Assembly (NCBI GenBank): GCA_038205935.1
Contig: JBBRBK010000052.1
Coordinates: 1 to 14,479 of the forward strand
Reading direction: 5' to 3'
DNA length: 14,479 nt
Source of the DNA: Campylobacterales bacterium
GTDB lineage: Bacteria; Campylobacterota; Campylobacteria; Campylobacterales; Sulfurimonadaceae
In this document: piece by piece, positions 1-6,254 of the stretch
How positions within the stretch are numbered: the first letter of the stretch is position 1
Layout of the letters: each line of letters begins with the position of its first letter
The notes under the pieces: model-generated
Told to the model about the DNA's origin: nothing
What the model saw: only the letters and a program-made list of their open reading frames with translations
Databases searched by the model: none
Position numbers and translations under genes: made by a program

Positions 1-165
1 TCTGCCACCTGGTGCTTTTGGTTCTACATGTAAGGCTTCTTCGATAGGTTGTCTAAACATCTCCCAGTCTATTACAGAGTTGAGCTTTGCCAGAGGTGGT
101 TGATGTTTGTTTATCAAGTCTAACTGATACTCATAGTCAAACAACCCTCTGCTCTTTTTGCTCAT
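1..165 (-). CDS. IS5-family transposase, N-terminal part (runs off the window edge)
   Basis: Manual translation from ATG 165: MSKKSRGLFDYEYQLDLINKHQPPLAKLNSVIDWEMFRQPIEEALHVEPKAPGGR. The L..L...IDW..F...GGR(P) pattern is typical of IS5-subgroup transposase N-termini. AAGGAG SD lies just upstream and gaTAAAAT -10 is at 201-206. Confidence 0.85.
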   Translation of the reverse strand, partial: MSKKSRGLFDYEYQLDLINKHQPPLAKLNSVIDWEMFRQPIEEALHVEPKAPGGR

Positions 166-254
166 TAAAATCTCCTTACCTTTATGACATTTGTATCTTT
201 ATTTTATCGAATTTGGGCTTTTAGAAAAATATAGGTAGGTTTTTAGAGGTGCCC
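1..254 (-). mobile_element. Left end of an IS5-family insertion sequence; terminal repeat about GGGCACCTCTAAAAACC (254-238)
   Basis: The transposase start lies about 90 bp inside. The IceA1-like reading frame loses homology exactly at this GGGCACC end. The boundary is uncertain by 1-2 nt within the C5 run, and the other end is outside the window. Confidence 0.8.
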
Positions 255-340
255 CCAATAAATTCTGTCGTATTAACCCATCTGGATATTCCATTCTCAT
301 CTGGTTGAGCTAATTCCAAAAATAATTTTTGTTGCATCAT
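254..340 (-). pseudogene. 5' fragment of an IceA1/NlaIII-like (CATG-specific) restriction endonuclease gene interrupted by the IS
   Basis: ATG 340 lies 3 nt after the upstream stop and reads MMQQKLFLELAQPDENGISRWVNTTEFIG, then IS-derived GTSKNLPIFF-stop. This matches the LFLELAxPDxxGxSRWVxxxEFxG N-terminus I recall for Helicobacter IceA1 and NlaIII-family enzymes (recognition from memory, not a search). Confidence 0.8.
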
Positions 341-343
341 TGT

Positions 344-961
344 TTATATTCCCTTGGTTATCCAAATTATATCTGACAAAATTTCTCCATTTCCAAAATT
401 TAATTTTACAAGCTTATTAGGAGAAAAATTATTTATATAATTATCAATTGCAGTTTTCAATGAGAGAATTTCTGATTTCATTTTCCAATGTTGATTATTA
501 CTGTCATATAAGACAATAAACAGTCTATTCTCTAAGTGCTTTCTTCCTTGTTGGCTTTGATTTGCATAAAGCCATTGGATAAGTTCTTTTTTGTTTTTGG
601 TAGCATAATCATAAGATTGGTTAAATCCTCTTGGAAAAATTGAGGTTTTATGGTCAAAAGGAATATTATAAATTTTAAAATCTACAAGCTTATCATAAAT
701 ATTTTTATTAGCTATAACATTTTCATGAGATGTAAAAATATCTTCGGCAGCCATAGCGCTCCAATAGTTATACCATCTATTTAAAGCATAATCTCTCAGC
801 TCTTGGTCAAATATCTTTGTTTTTTTCAATAATTTATTAAAACTATATGTTTTATATATAAAATTAGTGAGACTATCCCAATCATTAGATTGCTTTCTGC
901 CCCATTTGTATGGATAGGCTAATCTATTTTTGAGTTCTAGTTCTACTCTTTGTAAATCCAC
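344..961 (-). CDS. Hypothetical protein, probable PD-(D/E)xK restriction-endonuclease-fold nuclease
   Basis: 205 aa, GTG start 2 nt after the methyltransferase stop. The segment AEDIF...VDFKIYNIPFDHKTS fits an E...D...D-x-K catalytic pattern. Very AT-rich. Confidence 0.55.
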   Translation of the reverse strand: MDLQRVELELKNRLAYPYKWGRKQSNDWDSLTNFIYKTYSFNKLLKKTKIFDQELRDYALNRWYNYWSAMAAEDIFTSHENVIANKNIYDKLVDFKIYNIPFDHKTSIFPRGFNQSYDYATKNKKELIQWLYANQSQQGRKHLENRLFIVLYDSNNQHWKMKSEILSLKTAIDNYINNFSPNKLVKLNFGNGEILSDIIWITKGI

Positions 962-963
962 AA

Positions 964-1761
964 TTATTCTTCTTTTTTAAACACAAAAATATACTCATGC
1001 TTAAAGATATAATAATCACTATTTAAAGCCCTATATCTCCAGATACCGCCAACACCAAGTTTGCCACGATTGCCTTCTATATTTTTTATTATCGTACCTT
1101 TTAGTTTAACATTAAAACTTTTTTTTATCATATCCATGCAGTAAAAACTTAGCGGGATTACTTCGCTATTTTTATATACATCACCGATTACAACAGCAAA
1201 GTATCTGTCTTTTTCTAAATGTTTTAAAGAGTTTTCACAAATTATTTTAAACTGCGCTATAAAGTCGTCAATATTGCCAATCTGTGACAAGTCATTTTTA
1301 TTTTCAGTAAATTTTACTATATCCATATATGGAGGATGCATGAGGACAAACTGAACATTTTTAGAGTTTAGTTTTTTGTTTGCATTTTCTATATTTTCAT
1401 CAACCTGCAAGGCATCTAATGAATTGCAGTCGTTAATATAAAAATTGTCTTTATGCTTTCCGTCGCTCATACTATTATTGACATATTCAATCATCTCAGG
1501 GTTTATATCAAATCCAATATATTTTCGATTGAGTTTTTCACATTCAAAGAGTGTTGTACCACTTCCCATAAAAGGTTCTAAAACAGTTTCGTTTTCTTTT
1601 GTGTAGCGTCTGATTAGCTGATTTGGAATTTGAGGTATGAAGTTACCGTGATAAACATTTTTGTGCTTACCGCTTTTATCTCTTTCACTTATGACCCATA
1701 AAGAATCAGTATTAAGATCCGACTCTTTCCAATTTGTCATGTCAAGATCGTTAAACTTCAT
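964..1761 (-). CDS. SAM-dependent N4/N6 (amino) DNA methyltransferase
   Basis: Motif X-like HGNFIPQIP..LI.RYT, motif I VLEPFMGSGTT, GFDINPE, catalytic motif IV HPPY, C-terminal HEYIFVFKK. The start overlaps the upstream stop (ATGA at 1761-1758). Confidence 0.85.
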   Translation of the reverse strand: MKFNDLDMTNWKESDLNTDSLWVISERDKSGKHKNVYHGNFIPQIPNQLIRRYTKENETVLEPFMGSGTTLFECEKLNRKYIGFDINPEMIEYVNNSMSDGKHKDNFYINDCNSLDALQVDENIENANKKLNSKNVQFVLMHPPYMDIVKFTENKNDLSQIGNIDDFIAQFKIICENSLKHLEKDRYFAVVIGDVYKNSEVIPLSFYCMDMIKKSFNVKLKGTIIKNIEGNRGKLGVGGIWRYRALNSDYYIFKHEYIFVFKKEE

Positions 1762-2291
1762 TGATACCCCTTTACCAAATCCACTATTTCATCCCATTTG
1801 CCGTATCCGCTTGCAGTATTGATATGTCCGCCGTCTTTGAGAATAATATGACTTACGTCTAACGCTTGTGCCAAAGATAAGGCTTCTTCTTGATTCAAGT
1901 ATGGATCATTTGTGGAAGTGATAAGCGTCACGCTTTGTGCGAAGAGAGCATTTGGAATATTTAATGGAAAAAAAGTATCCAACTCGAGAAGCTTACATGT
2001 AAGGCTTGGCGGAGCGACTAAGAAAAGTTTCTTTACATGTAAGGCTTTTTGCTCGTGGCAAAGATGAAACCAAAGTATATTTGCCAAAGAGTGACAGACC
2101 ACGATATCGGGTTTAAAATCTTCAAGTATCTCTAAAACTTCTGCCATCCAAACATCTTTTTTTGGCGCATCTTTTTCGCTTAAAAGAGGGAAAGAAACCG
2201 TGCCGTAATCTTTCGCCAGCTCACTTGCCAGATAACTTTGCCAGTGAGGAAAATCACTTCCACCCCAACCATGCAAGATAAGTGTTTTCAC
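1758..2291 (-). CDS. RBBP9/YdeN-family alpha/beta hydrolase
   Basis: ILHGWGGS..HWQ, nucleophile elbow CHSLA, LVAPP, S.NDPY, GGHIN..SGYG.W. Confidence 0.9.
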   Translation of the reverse strand: MKTLILHGWGGSDFPHWQSYLASELAKDYGTVSFPLLSEKDAPKKDVWMAEVLEILEDFKPDIVVCHSLANILWFHLCHEQKALHVKKLFLVAPPSLTCKLLELDTFFPLNIPNALFAQSVTLITSTNDPYLNQEEALSLAQALDVSHIILKDGGHINTASGYGKWDEIVDLVKGYQ

Positions 2292-3358
2292 CCAAGCATC
2301 TCTACAAACGCGCGTACTTCTTTGTCAATGGCAAAGACATCATCAATATTTTTTGGTTCATAATCAAACTTCTCATATGCGGTGATTATGTCTTTTGAGA
2401 TATCCATAAACCCTTTTTTACCCGCAATAAAGTTTTTAATTGCCGCTTCATTTGCAGCATTGACCACTACGCCACGTTTTGGATTTTTCAAAAGTTCATC
2501 TTTGATCTGCCAGATAGGATAACGTTTAACATCTATTTCGCGAAATTCTAAACTACCCACTTTTACCAAGTCCACAGGCTCTAAAATCTCCTCATCCATA
2601 CTCTGCATAATCGCATAAGAGATAGGAAGTTGCATCGAAGCATTCGCAATATGTGCCGTAGTTGAGCCATCTTTAAAGTTGATTAGCGCGTGGATAATCG
2701 ACTTTGTCTCGATGATGGCATCGTATTTACCCTCACCAAAGAGCCATCTTGCTTCTAAAAGTTCAAATATCTTATTGACCATCGTCGCAGAGTCTATGGT
2801 GATCTTTTGTCCCATCGACCAGTTTGGATGTTTTTGTGTATCTTCCAAACTTGCATTTGCTAGATCTCGAAGATCCCAGTTCCGAAATGCTCCGCCGCTT
2901 GCAGTGATAGTCATACTCGCTATGGTTCTGTTTTGTAAAAGATACCAAAGTCCAAAATGTTCGCTATCTATGGGCTGTATCTTTGTGATATCCACAAAAG
3001 CACCTGCGGCAACGAGGCTCTCTTTATTTGCCAAAGCCACGCATTTACCACATTCTATGGCTTTGAGTGTCGGACGAAGTCCTAAAAATCCCACAAGCGC
3101 ATTGACCACCAAAGAGCTAGATGAATTTTCTATCGCTTCTAAGATCGCTTCTTCACCACATAAAACATTCTCATGTTGTACATTTTTACAATCTTCTATA
3201 TCAGAAACAACAACGATACGAGGCTTATGGATTTTGATCTGTTCATTTAAAAGAGCAATGTTTTTACCTGCAACTAAAACATCTATATGTAAGCCAAATC
3301 GCTGGGCAATGGCAAGCGTATTGACTCCAATAGAGCCAGTACTTCCAAGAATGATCAA
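2288..3358 (-). CDS. dxr: 1-deoxy-D-xylulose-5-phosphate reductoisomerase
   Basis: LGSTGSIG, LANKESLV, PIDSEH, TASGG, HPNWSMGQKITIDSATM.NK, NAANE. TTG start. Confidence 0.98.
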   Translation of the reverse strand: MIILGSTGSIGVNTLAIAQRFGLHIDVLVAGKNIALLNEQIKIHKPRIVVVSDIEDCKNVQHENVLCGEEAILEAIENSSSSLVVNALVGFLGLRPTLKAIECGKCVALANKESLVAAGAFVDITKIQPIDSEHFGLWYLLQNRTIASMTITASGGAFRNWDLRDLANASLEDTQKHPNWSMGQKITIDSATMVNKIFELLEARWLFGEGKYDAIIETKSIIHALINFKDGSTTAHIANASMQLPISYAIMQSMDEEILEPVDLVKVGSLEFREIDVKRYPIWQIKDELLKNPKRGVVVNAANEAAIKNFIAGKKGFMDISKDIITAYEKFDYEPKNIDDVFAIDKEVRAFVEMLG

Positions 3359-3361
3359 CTT

Positions 3362-4138
3362 TTAAACCAGACCGCGAAGCATCACAATCATAACAACTGA
3401 TGCAAAAAGATAACCATCTATTCTGTCTAAAATTCCGCCATGACCAGGAAGGATATGTCCACTGTCTTTAACGCCTGCTTGACGTTTAAGGTAGCTTTCA
3501 AAAAGATCACCAAAAATAGATGCAAAAGCAACAAGAAAAGAGATTACAACAGCTAATGGCGTCCCGACTATCGCTACGCCAAAGTAAAAACTCGCACCTG
3601 TACCGATAATGACACCACCTATAACACCCTCGATCGTTTTCTTTGGACTTGTAGGACAAAATGGTGTTCTTCCTATCGTTTTACCAACGACAAAAGCACC
3701 GATGTCTGTTGCTGCCACTGCTACGACAAGCCATAGAAGTGATATCATCGCGTATTCTTGGTAGAGAGTCCAGATATAAAGCATCCCAGCTGTTGGATAT
3801 AAAAATGGCAAAAAGTTTTTCCACGGGATGTTCTGAGTATATGAAACAGCGCCAAAAAAAATGATGCCAGATATTACCAAAAGATCATCACCGTAAGGAT
3901 AAAAAAGCGCAACGACCCATAAAAGTGCAGCGTAAAAGAAAAGTGAATTTTTTTCTAAACCAAAGAGAGCGTTTGCTTCATAAAATGCAAATAAATAGAC
4001 AACGCCAAGAACGAGCCAAGTCAAATAAAAATTATCTACATACCCGACTCCAGCAACACCAGCAATCAGTGCAATAGCGGTGATAATTCTATCTTTCAAA
4101 GAAGCATCCGTTTTCAATATACTCATGAGGAATTCCAT
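3362..4138 (-). CDS. cdsA: Phosphatidate cytidylyltransferase
   Basis: Polytopic membrane protein with SPKKTIEG and GDLFESYLKRQAGVKDSGHILPGHGGILDRID. The true start may be ATG 4126. Confidence 0.97.
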   Translation of the reverse strand: MEFLMSILKTDASLKDRIITAIALIAGVAGVGYVDNFYLTWLVLGVVYLFAFYEANALFGLEKNSLFFYAALLWVVALFYPYGDDLLVISGIIFFGAVSYTQNIPWKNFLPFLYPTAGMLYIWTLYQEYAMISLLWLVVAVAATDIGAFVVGKTIGRTPFCPTSPKKTIEGVIGGVIIGTGASFYFGVAIVGTPLAVVISFLVAFASIFGDLFESYLKRQAGVKDSGHILPGHGGILDRIDGYLFASVVMIVMLRGLV

Positions 4139-4158
4139 TTTTAAAAATTTATACTCTG

Positions 4159-4166
4159 ATTATACC
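4159..4166 (-). promoter_or_regulatory. Putative sigma70 extended -10 (ggTATAAT) for cdsA-dxr
   Basis: attatacc on the + strand in the 32-bp intergenic gap matches the Campylobacterota gnTAnAAT consensus. Confidence 0.55.
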
Positions 4167-4170
4167 TAAT

Positions 4171-4473
4171 TCAGACTTTAATATCTAAATGGTGTATCGG
4201 AGTTTCGTCCTCTTTTTCATCTTCATGTGTCTTTTTTGGAGATCTTTTTTGCTCTTCATCATGCTCTTGTCTCTCGTGTTCTCTGTCTTCATCAATCTTG
4301 TGATTTTCCTCAGCTGGACGAACCTCAATGACCTCTTTTTCCTCTGTATTTACAGCAATGGCAGCTGTAACATTTTGCATCTCGATACGATTCAGCCTTG
4401 CAGTATGTTCACTTGAAACGCTTGCCATTTGCTGGTTAGTATAGATTGTACTTCCGACTGCATCAAGTGCCAT
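4171..4473 (-). CDS. Small acidic/charged hypothetical protein
   Basis: 100 aa, AAGGAGG SD, E/K-rich C-terminal half ending HHLDIKV. Its position between the NFACT gene and cdsA matches the order I recall in C. jejuni (Cj1349c-Cj1348c-cdsA-dxr). Confidence 0.8.
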   Translation of the reverse strand: MALDAVGSTIYTNQQMASVSSEHTARLNRIEMQNVTAAIAVNTEEKEVIEVRPAEENHKIDEDREHERQEHDEEQKRSPKKTHEDEKEDETPIHHLDIKV

Positions 4474-4483
4474 TTTCGCCTCC

Positions 4484-5812
4484 TTAGAAAGTGCTATCGA
4501 CCTCTATTGTGCTGTATTTATTGTAAAGAACATTTGCGCCTTCTTGCATCTTTACTTCACGTCTTGGAGTATAATCGACCAAATAGCGCCCTTTTTCAAA
4601 CACAGAAAAATCCACGCAGAGTTTTGCCGCCTCGTAGATGATGTGATGAGGCAAATTTTGTTTATCAGAAACGATGATGACATGCGCTGACGGGCGATCT
4701 TTGAGATGCAACCATGTGTCTTTTGCTTTGGCCTTTTGTAGAAGTTCAACGTTTCCTTTTTCGCTTTTTCCTATCATCACTTTGTATCCATCTATGAAAA
4801 ACTGCTCTATAGATTCACTCTGTCTTACTTTTTTCTCCTGTTTTTTTGCAGGAAAAAGAAGCTCTATTTTCGAGATATCTGTAGCTGTTTTCACGGTTTG
4901 AATAAAATGTTTTAAGAACTCCATTTTTTCAAGAAGTGAAGCGCGTTCTATGTAAAGATTTTTCGATTTCTGCTTAAGTTTTTTAGAGGTTTTAAAAAAA
5001 TATTTGGCAATATCCGCTGGTGCGCCAAAAAGAGAATCGATCTTTATCTCTACGTCGTTGCCCTCAAAATCCTTTACATGTAAGTGTTTTTGATAGGGTT
5101 TTATAAGATGTAGATTTGCCAAGATGAGATTGCCTAAATACTCATTTTTTTCTGCCTCATTTTTTAGAACTTTTTCATCATCAAGTGCATTATAAAGTTT
5201 TTTCAAACGCGCCAATTTTTTTTCTAAAAGTGTGGTTTTTTGCTCTTTTAAAACTTTGAGTCTTGAGTTCATCCTCTCTTGGTAGGTATCTTCAAGAAAC
5301 ATTTGGATGTTTTCTATCGGGTACTCTTTTGCCACAAACGGTGCAGTTGGCGGAGGAAGCAGTTTTTGTCCTACGCGCACTTCACGAAATGAGGAAAAAA
5401 GATCGATATGACGCAGTGCTTCAAGTACAACCTCATCTTCATCTAAGATGATGACATTGGTATATTTGCCCGTAAATTCAAATTGCAAAAAGGTTCGTAT
5501 CTCTTTGTAAGCACCTTTTTGCACGGTTGTAAAACGGAGTATTTTATCACCGCCAACAAGAAAAACATCTTCCACTTCACAGCGGTTAAAACGCTTTGAA
5601 AGTACAACATCAAAGGGTGCGTTATAAACTTTTGAACGCGTATAAGTCTTACATGTAAAGATCGCCGAATTGGAACGCTGCATATCAAAATAGAGTTCAT
5701 CATCTCTGTCAAAAGCCACTTTAATGATGGTATCTGAGACTCTGTGGATGGCGCTGATTTTTTGAAATTTTTTAAAATAATCGATGAGTTGTTTTAGGTG
5801 AGATAGTTTCAT
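4484..5812 (-). CDS. NFACT/FbpA-family protein (RqcH-like ribosome quality control factor)
   Basis: NFACT-N motifs GDKIL and EFTGKYTNVIILD, a central coiled coil, and an NFACT-R domain IGKSEKGN...WLHLKDRPSAHVII...VDYT. Confidence 0.9.
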   Translation of the reverse strand: MKLSHLKQLIDYFKKFQKISAIHRVSDTIIKVAFDRDDELYFDMQRSNSAIFTCKTYTRSKVYNAPFDVVLSKRFNRCEVEDVFLVGGDKILRFTTVQKGAYKEIRTFLQFEFTGKYTNVIILDEDEVVLEALRHIDLFSSFREVRVGQKLLPPPTAPFVAKEYPIENIQMFLEDTYQERMNSRLKVLKEQKTTLLEKKLARLKKLYNALDDEKVLKNEAEKNEYLGNLILANLHLIKPYQKHLHVKDFEGNDVEIKIDSLFGAPADIAKYFFKTSKKLKQKSKNLYIERASLLEKMEFLKHFIQTVKTATDISKIELLFPAKKQEKKVRQSESIEQFFIDGYKVMIGKSEKGNVELLQKAKAKDTWLHLKDRPSAHVIIVSDKQNLPHHIIYEAAKLCVDFSVFEKGRYLVDYTPRREVKMQEGANVLYNKYSTIEVDSTF

Positions 5813-5818
5813 AGTTGT

Positions 5819-5826
5819 ATTTTAGC
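5819..5826 (-). promoter_or_regulatory. Putative sigma70 extended -10 (gcTAAAAT) 6 nt upstream of the NFACT start codon (leaderless architecture)
   Basis: The minus strand reads GGC-TAAAAT-ACAACT-ATG and has no SD sequence. Confidence 0.65.
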
Positions 5827-5875
5827 CTACATTTATGTACAATTCCGAAAAAAATTGCCTTTGTAAAAGAGAATA

Positions 5876-6196
5876 ATGAAACTGCCTAAGGGATTTGGTA
5901 AAAACTATTTTACCCTCCGCGCCATTACCGCTACGACAAACCTTGTAACGCTTCATGCACAGTGCTCAAGAGTGCAGAGTTTTCATATGGCAAACTTTTT
6001 AGGTGAAGAATTAGAAGCTGAAACTGAAGAAGAGGAACTCGCCGCCACTTTTGGAGCACTAGAACTCTCTTTTAAGCCTTGCCAGTGTAACTGTTTTTAC
6101 AAAAAACGCACCAAAAAAACCCTCAAACTTCACGCACTCCAAAAATCCAAACCTCAAATCTTTCTTACTTTAAATACCTCTATCTCGCCGCCTTGA
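5876..6196 (+). CDS. Hypothetical upstream ORF, possible regulatory leader peptide
   Basis: 106-codon ORF filling the gap before the receptor, with an acidic run EELEAETEEEE, CQCNC, and a C-terminal SPP-stop. The SD is weak and the start uncertain (alternative internal ATG at MANF). Confidence 0.5.
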   Translation: MKLPKGFGKNYFTLRAITATTNLVTLHAQCSRVQSFHMANFLGEELEAETEEEELAATFGALELSFKPCQCNCFYKKRTKKTLKLHALQKSKPQIFLTLNTSISPP

Positions 6197-6254
6197 ATAC
6201 TCTTACATGTAACTAACTTAAACACAAAAAATATCAAATAACTCAAGGAAAATT

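Noticed and set aside
2679..3365. 228-aa plus-strand ORF antisense to dxr
   Set aside because: Shadow ORF of a well-conserved gene, with no recognisable motifs.
3661..5712. Short ORFs overlapping cdsA, the 100-aa gene and the NFACT gene (3661, 4189, 4429, 4552, 4674, 5263, 5443)
   Set aside because: All lie over confidently assigned genes and have no recognisable domains.
5828..5839. Inverted repeat TACAT-TT-ATGTA between the divergent promoters
   Set aside because: Only 5-bp arms in AT-rich DNA, too weak to call an operator, although it overlaps a possible TACAAT -10 at 5838-5843.
5887..6082. Cobalamin riboswitch upstream of the BtuB-like gene (AAGGGATTTGGT, CCCTCCGC, GCCACT, AAGCC fragments)
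   Set aside because: The fragments only loosely echo the consensus. There is no GGGAA, no GGTG-AA-TCC T-loop and no ACTGT after CCCGC, and GGTAAAA instead pairs locally with TTTTACC (5897-5914). A highly divergent riboswitch cannot be excluded without an Infernal scan.
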